A stretch of DNA of 63,557 bases from an uncultured Prevotellaceae bacterium (GCA_946407485.1 CAMJOE010000001.1:1-63557); one strand, 5' to 3'. Shown: positions 1 through 8,576, numbered from the stretch's first letter. Numbers and translations are program-made. The notes: generated by a model not told the origin, from the letters alone.

Positions 1-680
1 TGCTCGACCGCGTGCAGGCCAAGTACCCCGACCTCTACATGATGATGTGCTCGGGAGGCGGCGGACGTTCCGACGTGACGGGACTGCGCTACTTCACCGA
101 GTTCTGGTGCAGCGACAACACAGACCCCATCGAGCGCCTCTTCATCCAATGGGGCTACTCGCAGTTCATGCCGGCAAAGGCCATGTGTGCCCACGTGACG
201 GAGTGGAACAGGCGGGCGAGCATCAAGTTCCGCGTCGATGTCGCCTTCCAGGGAAAGCTGGGCTTCGACATCGGCTTGAAAGGCCTTTCCGACGACGACC
301 GCCAGTACTGCCGCTCGGCAATCAAGGAGTACAAGCGCCTGAAGGAAGTCGTCTGGTCGCCCAACCTCTACCGCCTCGTCTCGCCCTACGAGGGACAGCA
401 TTGCGTCGTGCAGCGCGTGGATGACGCAAAGAGCAAGAGCATCGTCTTCGCATACGATATCCACCCGCGCTATGGCGAGAACATCCTGCCCACGCGACTG
501 CAGGGACTCGACGCCGCTGCCAAGTACCGCGTCAAGGAGATTTGCCTGATGCCCGGCAAGCAAAGCTGGCTGCCCTGCAACGACAAGGTATATACGGGCG
601 ACTACCTGATGAAGGTCGGCATCAAGGTGACATCGACGAACGACCTCGTGAGCCATATCATAGAGATAATGAAAGAATGA
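1..680 (+). CDS. alpha-galactosidase (GH36-like), C-terminal part; 5' end lies outside the window
   Basis: Frame is open from base 3 with no start in the window. The block CSGGGGRSD..FTEFWCSDNTDPIERLFIQWGYS matches the conserved GH36 catalytic-domain region. Stop at 678-680. Confidence 0.8.
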   Translation, partial: LDRVQAKYPDLYMMMCSGGGGRSDVTGLRYFTEFWCSDNTDPIERLFIQWGYSQFMPAKAMCAHVTEWNRRASIKFRVDVAFQGKLGFDIGLKGLSDDDRQYCRSAIKEYKRLKEVVWSPNLYRLVSPYEGQHCVVQRVDDAKSKSIVFAYDIHPRYGENILPTRLQGLDAAAKYRVKEICLMPGKQSWLPCNDKVYTGDYLMKVGIKVTSTNDLVSHIIEIMKE

Positions 681-690
681 GAAACTCCGC

Positions 691-954
691 TTTCGGAAGT
701 TAAAGAAGTTAATGAAGTTAAAGAAGTTAAAGGACGATACCATTTTAGTTCATAATTCATAGTTCATAGTCCATAGTTAATCGCGGCAGCAAATTCTTCA
801 TTCTTCATTCTTCACTCTTCATTCCTTTTCACGGATTTGGCTACAAAAGCTATTGTCCTTTCTCCGCGCATTAAAAGCGCGCCTTACTGCTAGAGCATGT
901 GAGAACTTCCCCAAGCGAGCAAAGCTCGCTAACTTCTTTAACTTCTTTAACTTC
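691..954. repeat. composite palindromic intergenic element (GAAGTTAAA-arm family), expanded copy
   Basis: Arms 691-741 and 903-954 are mutually complementary and nearly identical to the arms of 57306-57490. Confidence 0.8.
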
Positions 955-1006
955 CATCATAATATAACAAGCGAAACCTAAATAAGAAATACAAAATATT
1001 GAAGGA

Positions 1007-3070
1007 ATGAAAAAACTCGCTCTTCTATCATGCTTCCTGCTCGGAGCGTTGGCAGGACTGTCGCAAAACCCTTACCTCCCTCTGTGGGAGCACTTGCCCG
1101 ACGGTGAGCCTCGCGTTTTCGAAGACCCCGACAACCCAGGGAAACTGCGCGCCTACATCATCGGTTCGCACGACACACACTATTCCGAGTACTGCGGCAA
1201 CGACATCCGCATGTGGTCGGCTCCGGTGGAGGACCTCACGCAATGGCGCGACGAGGGCCCCATCTTCTCGTGGTTCGTCGGTGGCCGTTGGGACACGATG
1301 TACGCACCCGACCTTGTCGAGGTGAAGGACAAGGCGACGGGCAAGAAGACCTATTGGCTCTACCCGCACAGCCGCGGCTGGGGGCGCGTGGCGATGGTCT
1401 GCAAGGGCGACCGCCCCAATGGTCCGTTCACGCCCGTCAACCTCACACCCGACGGCACGCGCTGCGTGGAAGGCTCGCTCATCGATTTCGACCCCTCGGT
1501 GTTCGTCGAGACTATTACGGACAAGAAAGACAAGGACTACGACAAGGGCTTTCGTGCTTACGTCTTCTACGGATTCCAACACTCCACGGCTTGCGAGCTC
1601 GACCAAAACACGATGTACAGCAAGCGGCCGGGCACGGAGCTGATTGACCCCTTCATCCCCGCCAGCAGTCACGACGGACGTCTTCTCGACAAGGAGGGCA
1701 GCCAATACAAGGCGCTCTACGAGGGACAGAATCCCCTCGACTTCAACTTCTTCGAGGCAAGCAGCATCCGTCAGGTGGGAAACAAATACGTAATGGTATT
1801 CTCGGGCTACAGCGGCAAGGAGTACGGCCTGGGCAACACGAACAGCGCGCTGCGCTATGCTTACGGCGACTCGCCCCTGGGCCCTTGGCGCTCCGGCGGC
1901 GTGCTGGTGGACAGCCGCGGCGTCGTGCTTAACGAGGACGGCTCCCGACTGACGACGACCAACTTCGCCCACAACACGCACGGCTCGCTGCAGGAAATCA
2001 ACGGGCAGTGGTACGTCTTCTATCACCGTCCGCCTCGTGGCTTTGCCAATGCGCGTCAGGCAATGGTGGCGCCCGTCAAGATAGAGTGGGACAAGAAGCC
2101 TGTCAGCAAGGGCGGCCAGGTGCGCATTACCGGCTACGACCCCTTTGCCCCGCAGAACGCGTGGACAGCTAAGGCCGGCAACGGCGACGAATATACCGGC
2201 GCCGAGGTCACCAGCGAGGGCTTCCAGATATTTGGTCTGCCGCCCTATCAGTATTACAGTGCCGGCATCGCCTGCTACGTGTCGGGCCCCGGCAGCGGCG
2301 AGTGTATGCAGGACAACCACGACGTCTGGCGCAACACGATGGACCTCGCGGGCCTCAGAAACGGCACCATTGTGGGATTCAAGTACTTCGGCTTCGGAGG
2401 TCTGGCTCAAGCAGACAAAGGACTGCCTGCCTTCGAGGGCACGAAGCAGGGCAACAAGACGCAGTTCTGCCTCCATCTCACTCCGGGCGGCAAGGGCGCC
2501 TTCAAGGTGCATGTCATGCTCGACGGGCCATACGCCAACCCGACTTGGAAGGGCCGCGAGATTGCTGTGATAAACGTCCCGGCTGATGCGCCGCGCGAGC
2601 CTCGCGTCTGCAATATCCCGGCTGATGCCGTCGAGGGCCTCACGGGCAAGCATGCCATCTACCTCGTGGTCGAAGGACCTGAGGTGGAGGAGCCTCAGCA
2701 GCAGCGGCAGTTCGGGCGTCGGCAAGGGCCGCAGCGTCCACAGGGTCTCTTCGACCTCCACGGACTTGGCTTCAGCAAGGGCGGCTCGATTGAAGTGCCC
2801 CTCTGCCTGCAGAAAGGCATGACCGACGTGGCCATCACCGTCGATGGCAAGCAGCTCGTCGTGCCGAGCACACCCGTTTACAGCAGCAACGCCAACGGCT
2901 ACATCGACGTCACCCACTACCAGGTGTATGGTCCGCTTCGCCAGGGCTCCGTGCTGAAAGCCAGTTCGCCCAACCCCGATGTGAAGTTCCAGATCAGCCC
3001 CATCGCCGACGGACGCGCCACCGTCCGCGCTACCTATCAGGGAAAAGAGAAGGTGTATCTCATCAACTGA
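1007..3070 (+). CDS. secreted glycoside hydrolase family 43-like enzyme with C-terminal beta-sandwich (CBM-like) region
   Basis: Signal peptide MKKLALLSCFLLGALAGLS/Q. NPYLPLWEHLPDGEPRVFEDP..YIIGSHD and YAPDLV..YWLYPH blocks are typical of GH43 propeller enzymes (recalled, not searched). Confidence 0.65.
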   Translation: MKKLALLSCFLLGALAGLSQNPYLPLWEHLPDGEPRVFEDPDNPGKLRAYIIGSHDTHYSEYCGNDIRMWSAPVEDLTQWRDEGPIFSWFVGGRWDTMYAPDLVEVKDKATGKKTYWLYPHSRGWGRVAMVCKGDRPNGPFTPVNLTPDGTRCVEGSLIDFDPSVFVETITDKKDKDYDKGFRAYVFYGFQHSTACELDQNTMYSKRPGTELIDPFIPASSHDGRLLDKEGSQYKALYEGQNPLDFNFFEASSIRQVGNKYVMVFSGYSGKEYGLGNTNSALRYAYGDSPLGPWRSGGVLVDSRGVVLNEDGSRLTTTNFAHNTHGSLQEINGQWYVFYHRPPRGFANARQAMVAPVKIEWDKKPVSKGGQVRITGYDPFAPQNAWTAKAGNGDEYTGAEVTSEGFQIFGLPPYQYYSAGIACYVSGPGSGECMQDNHDVWRNTMDLAGLRNGTIVGFKYFGFGGLAQADKGLPAFEGTKQGNKTQFCLHLTPGGKGAFKVHVMLDGPYANPTWKGREIAVINVPADAPREPRVCNIPADAVEGLTGKHAIYLVVEGPEVEEPQQQRQFGRRQGPQRPQGLFDLHGLGFSKGGSIEVPLCLQKGMTDVAITVDGKQLVVPSTPVYSSNANGYIDVTHYQVYGPLRQGSVLKASSPNPDVKFQISPIADGRATVRATYQGKEKVYLIN

Positions 3071-3086
3071 CGCAAAGGAGGGAAAA

Positions 3087-3192
3087 ACGCCACGTGAGGG
3101 AACGGCCGACGCTTGCTGTGGGAACGGCGTTTCCTTGCTGTGGGAAAGGCCGACGCTTGCTGTAGCGTCTGGCGTTCCTTCGTGAGGGGTCT
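3087..3192. repeat. CTTGCTGTGGG-family ~22-24-bp tandem array
   Basis: Units ..ACGCTTGCTGTGGGAACGGCGTTT / CCTTGCTGTGGGAAAGGCCG / ACGCTTGCTGTAGCG.. in a convergent-gene gap. Confidence 0.7.
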
Positions 3193-3256
3193 GAAACTCC
3201 TTCATCTTGCGTTCCCCGGCAGCACCTTTTGCGGGAGCTGCACCCCCGTATGCAAA

Positions 3257-3290
3257 CAGGGAGCCACACATGATGCGGCTCCCTGTTTTT
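3257..3290. terminator. bidirectional hairpin terminator between GH43-like gene and lpdA
   Basis: CAGGGAGCC-N11-GGCTCCCTG followed by TTTTT on the + strand, with an A-rich 5' flank for the - strand. Confidence 0.6.
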
Positions 3291-3316
3291 GCGTTTGGTA
3301 CGGTTCGTCCGTCTCC

Positions 3317-4615
3317 TTAGTTCACCTCTATCAGCACCTCGGAGAGGGTGGGATGAATGTGGACGGTCTCGCGGAGCTGGCGCAGCGTGGCGCCGAGGGT
3401 GATGTAGGCCGTCACCTCCTGTACGATGTCGGCGGCATGTGCGCCGAATACGTGGGCGCTGAGCAACTTGCCTTCTTCGGGCTCGCAACAGAGCTTGACC
3501 ATGCCTTCCGTCTCGTTCATCGCCAGCGCCTTGCCGTTGGCGCGGTAGAAGCTTTTGTGGCACTCGAAGGGCGTGCCTGCCTGCTTCAGCTGGTCCTCTG
3601 TGGGACCGGCGCAGGCGGCTTCGGGCTCGGTGAAGATGGCGGCGGGCATGAAGTCGAAGCGTATCTTGTCCTCGATGCCGAGGATGCGGTTCACGACGTG
3701 TATGCCCTGCATCTCCGCCGCATGCGCCAGCATCTGGCGTCCGTTGACGTCGCCGATGGCGTAGATGCCCTTCACCGTTGTCTCGAAGTTCTCGTCCACG
3801 ACGATGCCCTTGCGCTCATCGTAATCGAAGCCCGCATTGGAGAAGTCGGGCGAGACGTTCGGTTTGCGGCCCGTTGCCATCAGCACGTAATCGGCCTCCA
3901 CGCTCACCTCTTTGCCTTTCTGTTCGAACAGGACGGACAGTCCCTCTCCACCTTTCTCCTCCCCACTCTCCGCAGAGAGGGCGGGGGCGAGGCTCTTCAC
4001 GCCTGCTCCCATGTAGAAGGTGATGCCGCGCTTCTCCAGGAGCTTGCGCAGGCGCTTTGCGATGTCGCCATCCACCATGGGAAGGCACTCCTTGAGGTAC
4101 TCCACGACGGTCACCTCCGAGCCGAAACGTTGGAAGACGCTCGCAAACTCCATGCCGATGACGCCCGCACCTATGATGCAGAGCCGCCTGGGCAGTTTCT
4201 TCAGGCCGAGCAACTCGGTGGAGGACCCTACCTTTGGGCTGTCGGCACCCGGGATGGGCAAGAGCTTGGCGCTGCTGCCCGTAGCGACGATGATGTGCTC
4301 TGCCGTCACGCCGCTCACGGTATGTGCATCGATGAAGACGCCCTTCTCGCGAATCAGCGTGATATTGGGATGCGAGAGCAGCGTCTCGACGCCGCCGCGC
4401 AGCGCCTCCACGACTTGCGGCTGACGCTCCGTAGCTTCTGCAAACGTGGCTGAATGCACGTAGGTCTTCGTCGGGATGCAGCCAACGTTGAGGCACGTAC
4501 CGCCCACGTGGACGTCCTCGAAGATAGTGACCTTCAGACCCTTCTTCGCCGCATAGACCGCAGCTTTGTAGCCGCCAGGCCCTGCTCCTATAATGATTAA
4601 ATCTGCTTTGTTCAT
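3317..4615 (-). CDS. lpdA: dihydrolipoyl dehydrogenase (E3 / L-protein)
   Basis: IIGAGPGGY FAD motif, redox disulfide GGTCLNVGCIPTK, second GAGVIGMEF dinucleotide motif, C-terminal HIHPTLSE motif. Last gene of the gcv operon. Confidence 0.9.
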   Translation of the reverse strand: MNKADLIIIGAGPGGYKAAVYAAKKGLKVTIFEDVHVGGTCLNVGCIPTKTYVHSATFAEATERQPQVVEALRGGVETLLSHPNITLIREKGVFIDAHTVSGVTAEHIIVATGSSAKLLPIPGADSPKVGSSTELLGLKKLPRRLCIIGAGVIGMEFASVFQRFGSEVTVVEYLKECLPMVDGDIAKRLRKLLEKRGITFYMGAGVKSLAPALSAESGEEKGGEGLSVLFEQKGKEVSVEADYVLMATGRKPNVSPDFSNAGFDYDERKGIVVDENFETTVKGIYAIGDVNGRQMLAHAAEMQGIHVVNRILGIEDKIRFDFMPAAIFTEPEAACAGPTEDQLKQAGTPFECHKSFYRANGKALAMNETEGMVKLCCEPEEGKLLSAHVFGAHAADIVQEVTAYITLGATLRQLRETVHIHPTLSEVLIEVN

Positions 4616-4745
4616 AGGAAATTGTTTTTGGAGTAAAGTAGTAAAGCAGTTAAGTAGTTAAGCCGAATGTCCTGGCCGAAAACCTCAAACAGCATAGGCA
4701 TTGGCTTAACTACTCAGTACGAAAGTGCTATAACCTCCCTACTGC

Positions 4746-6266
4746 TCAACTGCTCTGTTTCGACTTCCAGTAAGTTGTGACGGGTTGCTTGGCAGCCAGC
4801 ACGTCATCGACACGGCCGATGGGCGTGTTGTGCGGGGCCGTCTTCACCATTTCGGGATCGGTCTTGGCCTCCTCTGCAATCTTGTGCATCACGTCGATGA
4901 AGGCATCGATGGTCTCCTTGCTCTCGTTCTCGGTCGGCTCTATCATGAGGCTCTCATGGAAGAGCAGCGGGAAGTAGATGGTGGGAGCATGGTAGCCATA
5001 GTCGAGCAGACGCTTGGCCACGTCCATTGTCGTGACGCCCGTGCTCTTGTCTGCGAGGCCGTCGAAGACCACTTCGTGCTTGCACAGCCCCTTGATGGGC
5101 AAGAGGTAATCGCCCTTCAGGCGCTCCTTGATGTAATTGGCATTGAGGGTTGCCAGCTGGCCGACGTGCTTGATGTTCTCACTTCCGAGCGAGAGGATGT
5201 AAGCGTAAGCCTTCAGCATCACGCCGAAGTTGCCGAAGAAGTTGCCGACAGAGCCGAGCGAGGATTCGCTTTGTCCCCAATCGACGATAAAGCCTTCCCA
5301 TTCGGTCGGGCCATCTTCGGGGAGGTCGTAGTTCACGACAACCTTCTTGACGCGAGGCGTGGGGAGGAACTTCTCCAAGCCTTTGCGTACGCCGACCGGA
5401 CCGCTGCCGGGGCCGCCGCCGCCATGAGGCGTGGAGAACGTCTTGTGCAGGTTGATGTGCATCACATCAAAGCCCATGTCGCCGGGACGGCATTCGCCGA
5501 GCAACGCATTGAGGTTCGCGCCGTCGTAGTACATCAGGCCGCCGGCCTTGTGTACCATCTCGGTAATCTCCAGGACACGCGGCTCGAAGATGCCCAACGT
5601 GTTGGGGTTGGTCATCATCATGGCGGCGATGTTCGGGCCTTCTAGTTCGATTAGTCTCTTCAGGTCTTCCAGGTCGACTGTTCCATTGGCGTTGCTCTTC
5701 ACCTCGACGACCTCCAGGCCGCAGACTGCCGCGGAGGCAGGGTTCGTGCCATGTGCCGAGTCGGGGATGAGCACCTTTGTGCGGACGTCATTCCTGCTTT
5801 CGTGATAGGCGCGGATAACCATCAGGCCGGTCAGCTCGCCGTGTGCGCCGGCACAGGGGTTCAGCGTGAACTCGCTCAGGCCTGCAAGCTCGGCAAGCGA
5901 CACCTGCAGATTGTAATACACCTCCAACGCGCCCTGGCAGGTCACGGCGGGCTGCAGGGGATGCAGTCCTGCGAAAGCCTTCAGTCCGGCTATCTCTTCG
6001 TTGATAACGGGGTTATACTTCATCGTGCACGAGCCGAGCGGATAGAAGCCGTCGTTCACGCCGAAGTTGTTGTGGCTGAGATTCGTGTAGTGACGCACTA
6101 CCGTCAGTTCGTCGCACTCGGGCAGGCGGGCAGCTTCCTTGCGGCGAAGCGTGGCGGGCAGCTCCGCCGTTGTATGCGTGCGGTCATAGTCCTGCGGGAG
6201 GGAGTAACCCTTACGTCCTTTCTTCGACAACTCGAAGATAAGGTTTCCATATAATGTCCTGTTCAT
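4746..6266 (-). CDS. gcvPB: glycine dehydrogenase (decarboxylating) subunit 2
   Basis: PLP-lysine block INLHKTFSTPHGGGGPG. The start overlaps the gcvPA stop in an ATGA (6263-6266). Confidence 0.9.
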   Translation of the reverse strand: MNRTLYGNLIFELSKKGRKGYSLPQDYDRTHTTAELPATLRRKEAARLPECDELTVVRHYTNLSHNNFGVNDGFYPLGSCTMKYNPVINEEIAGLKAFAGLHPLQPAVTCQGALEVYYNLQVSLAELAGLSEFTLNPCAGAHGELTGLMVIRAYHESRNDVRTKVLIPDSAHGTNPASAAVCGLEVVEVKSNANGTVDLEDLKRLIELEGPNIAAMMMTNPNTLGIFEPRVLEITEMVHKAGGLMYYDGANLNALLGECRPGDMGFDVMHINLHKTFSTPHGGGGPGSGPVGVRKGLEKFLPTPRVKKVVVNYDLPEDGPTEWEGFIVDWGQSESSLGSVGNFFGNFGVMLKAYAYILSLGSENIKHVGQLATLNANYIKERLKGDYLLPIKGLCKHEVVFDGLADKSTGVTTMDVAKRLLDYGYHAPTIYFPLLFHESLMIEPTENESKETIDAFIDVMHKIAEEAKTDPEMVKTAPHNTPIGRVDDVLAAKQPVTTYWKSKQSS

Positions 6267-7612
6267 GCCTTTGCCTCCTCTTCCTTAAATTGCTGAATAA
6301 TCTCGACGAGTTCGTCAATCTCCTCTGTTGAGCGCTGCTCTGTGACAGCCAGCATGAGTGTCTTCTCGCCGACCTTCACGCCGGCGAGATAGCCGCTGGC
6401 GGTGCATTCGTCGAGGAGTGCGTCGAGGTCGCCCTCGTAATCCACGCAGAACTCATTGAAGAAAGGCTGTCCCGGGAAAGTATCCTTGAACTTGCCCGTC
6501 GCGATGAGTTTGTCGCGGAGACTGTGTGCGCCGGCATAGCTCATCTCTGCCACTTCGCGAAGTCCCTCCTTGCCCATGAGGCTGAGATATATCGTGACGT
6601 AGAGCGCCATGAGACTCTGGTTGGAACAGATGTTGGAGGTTGCCTTCTGGCGACGTATGTGCTGCTCGCGGGCCTGCAGCGTCAGGACGAACGCCCTCTG
6701 GCCGCGATTGTCGAGGGTTTGTCCCACGATGCGTCCCGGCAGCTTTCGCATCAGCTTCTCCGTGCAGGCCATGTAGCCCACGCCGGGGCCTCCGAAGGTC
6801 ATGGGAATGCCGAGGCTCTGGCCTTCGCCTACAGCCACGTCGGCTCCCCACTCGGCTGGCGTCTTCAGGATTGCCAGGTCGCTGGGGTTCGCGTTTACTA
6901 TGAAGATGCCTTTCTGCTCGTGAACGGCGTCGGAGATGCCTGTGTAGTCCTCGACGATGCCAAAGTAGTTGGGCTGCTGCACGATGAGTCCAGCCACGCC
7001 GCCCTCGGCGAGGGCTTTGTCGAGAGCCTTGCGGTCGAGCACGCCGCCCTCAGCAGGCACGAGCTTGATCGGGAAGCCGTGGAAGTGCGCGTAAGTCTCG
7101 ACGACGCGGCGCACCTTCGGATCCACCGTCTCGCTCATCAGGACGCAGTTTGCCTTCTTGGCGTTGCCCCAAGCCATCATGGCAGCTTCCGCCGTGGCGG
7201 TTGCGCCGTCGTACATCGAGGCGTTGGCAATGTCCATGCCCGTCAGCTCTGCAATCATCGACTGATACTCGAAGATGTAGTGGAGCGTGCCCTGCGATAT
7301 CTCGGCCTGGTAAGGCGTATAGGAGGTCAGATACTCCGAGCGCTGAATGAGGTTCTGTACTATGCTGGGGGCATAGTGGTCGTAACACCCTGCACCGGCA
7401 AAGCAGATGAGAGGCTGCGTGTTAGCAGGTGCGGTCAGTTGTTCGAAGAAAAGTCGCAGGTCGGTCTCCGAGAGGGCTTCGGGCAGTTCATACTCTCTCT
7501 TGAAGCGCGTTGCCTCAGGCACGTCGTCGAAGAAGTCGTGGACCGACTTCGCGCCAGCAGCCTTCAGCATCTCCTGCAAGTCTTCCTCGGTGTGGGGAAA
7601 ATACTTGTACAT
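6263..7612 (-). CDS. gcvPA: glycine dehydrogenase (decarboxylating) subunit 1
   Basis: 449-aa protein with the SYTPYQAEISQGTL block typical of the P-protein N-terminal half. Translationally coupled to gcvPB. Confidence 0.9.
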   Translation of the reverse strand: MYKYFPHTEEDLQEMLKAAGAKSVHDFFDDVPEATRFKREYELPEALSETDLRLFFEQLTAPANTQPLICFAGAGCYDHYAPSIVQNLIQRSEYLTSYTPYQAEISQGTLHYIFEYQSMIAELTGMDIANASMYDGATATAEAAMMAWGNAKKANCVLMSETVDPKVRRVVETYAHFHGFPIKLVPAEGGVLDRKALDKALAEGGVAGLIVQQPNYFGIVEDYTGISDAVHEQKGIFIVNANPSDLAILKTPAEWGADVAVGEGQSLGIPMTFGGPGVGYMACTEKLMRKLPGRIVGQTLDNRGQRAFVLTLQAREQHIRRQKATSNICSNQSLMALYVTIYLSLMGKEGLREVAEMSYAGAHSLRDKLIATGKFKDTFPGQPFFNEFCVDYEGDLDALLDECTASGYLAGVKVGEKTLMLAVTEQRSTEEIDELVEIIQQFKEEEAKA

Positions 7613-7685
7613 GACGTGATAACTTATTCTATTATTCGTTATGACGTGATAGCGTAATGTCGTTATTTCGAGACATCAGATTGGA

Positions 7686-8066
7686 TTACTCAGCGCAGAA
7701 GGCTTCGTAGGCAGCCTTGTCCATGAGGTCGTCGAGTTCCGAGGGGTCGGACAACTGCACCTTGATGATCCAGTTTGCGAATGCGTCTTCGTTCAGCAGC
7801 TCGGGCTTGTCCTCGAGTGCCTCGTTGACTTCGACGACAGTACCGCTGACGGGAGAAATCAAGTCGCTTGCCGCCTTGACGCTCTCCACGGCGCCGAACT
7901 CTTCGCCTGCTGTGACCTCGTCGTCCACTTCGGGCATGTCGACGTAAACCACGTTGCCGAGCTCGTGCTGGGCATAGTCAGAAATACCAATGTAACCGTA
8001 TTCGCCTTCTACGCGAATGTACTCGTGTGACTCGCTGTAACGGAGTCCTTCTTCAAATTTAGCCAT
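7686..8066 (-). CDS. gcvH: glycine cleavage system H protein
   Basis: 126 aa. Lipoyl-lysine block GAVESVKAASDLISPVSG. Confidence 0.9.
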   Translation of the reverse strand: MAKFEEGLRYSESHEYIRVEGEYGYIGISDYAQHELGNVVYVDMPEVDDEVTAGEEFGAVESVKAASDLISPVSGTVVEVNEALEDKPELLNEDAFANWIIKVQLSDPSELDDLMDKAAYEAFCAE

Positions 8067-8090
8067 AGTTAAATAATTAGAAAATGTGAT

Positions 8091-8566
8091 AATAAGAAAA
8101 TAAGAAAAGGAAGGAGTTATTCATTGTTTAGGTTTTCTCTTGCCTTCTTTATTATCTTGATTAATGTACCAATAATTATATTTAAATCGTTCTTAAGTGA
8201 GTCGTGCTCTTTTTGACTGATAGTTTCTGATAAGAATAACAGATCTAACCAGTAGTCTGTCTCGCCTGCTTCTTTTAGCGCAATGTTCAGTTTCGTGACG
8301 AAATCAGGTTTGGTCTGGGCATATTTGCTTTCGGCGATGTTGGCTCCAATGCTTGTACCTGACTTGTAAACCTGAGTGGAGATTACATACTCCTGTCGCT
8401 CTTCGCGAAGAAACTTGTGCAACTTGATGATGCGCAAAGCAAAGTTCTTGCTGAGTTCTGCAAGCAGGTTGTTCTTTATCATCTCAGGAAGCGTATAATT
8501 AGAAGATATGAAGTGTAAAAATAAGAGGAGAAGGAAGGCGGTAAACCTTTCTTATTTTCTTATTTT
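8091..8566. mobile_element. low-GC cassette carrying the four-helix-bundle gene, bounded by ~20-bp inverted repeats
   Basis: AATAAGAAAATAAGAAAAGG (8091-8110) versus the reverse complement of CCTTTCTTATTTTCTTATT (8546-8564): 19/20 match with one A indel. Confidence 0.5.
8117..8482 (-). CDS. four-helix-bundle protein (23S rRNA intervening-sequence protein / Avd-like family)
   Basis: 121-aa helical ORF. GTSIGANIAESKYAQTKPDFVTKLNIALKEAGETDYWLDLL resembles the TIGR02436 four-helix-bundle family. Strongly AT-rich compared with its neighbours. Confidence 0.75.
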   Translation of the reverse strand: MIKNNLLAELSKNFALRIIKLHKFLREERQEYVISTQVYKSGTSIGANIAESKYAQTKPDFVTKLNIALKEAGETDYWLDLLFLSETISQKEHDSLKNDLNIIIGTLIKIIKKARENLNNE

Positions 8567-8576
8567 CTACATTTCT

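Noticed and set aside
1028-3271. 747-aa ORF antisense to the GH43-like gene, plus similar long antisense or overlapping ORFs (3113-4453 +, 8508-9797 +, 29306-30904 -, 34108-35727 -, 37188-38690 -, 13646-14632 +, 49656-50648 +, and others)
   Set aside because: These are typical shadow ORFs of GC-rich coding DNA. Their translations are Arg/Ala/Val/Gly/His-rich with no recognisable motifs, and each fully overlaps a gene with strong family signatures on the other strand.
8117-8482. Diversity-generating retroelement, because the four-helix-bundle protein is Avd-like
   Set aside because: No reverse transcriptase and no template/variable repeat pair are present anywhere in the window. Stand-alone members of this family are common.
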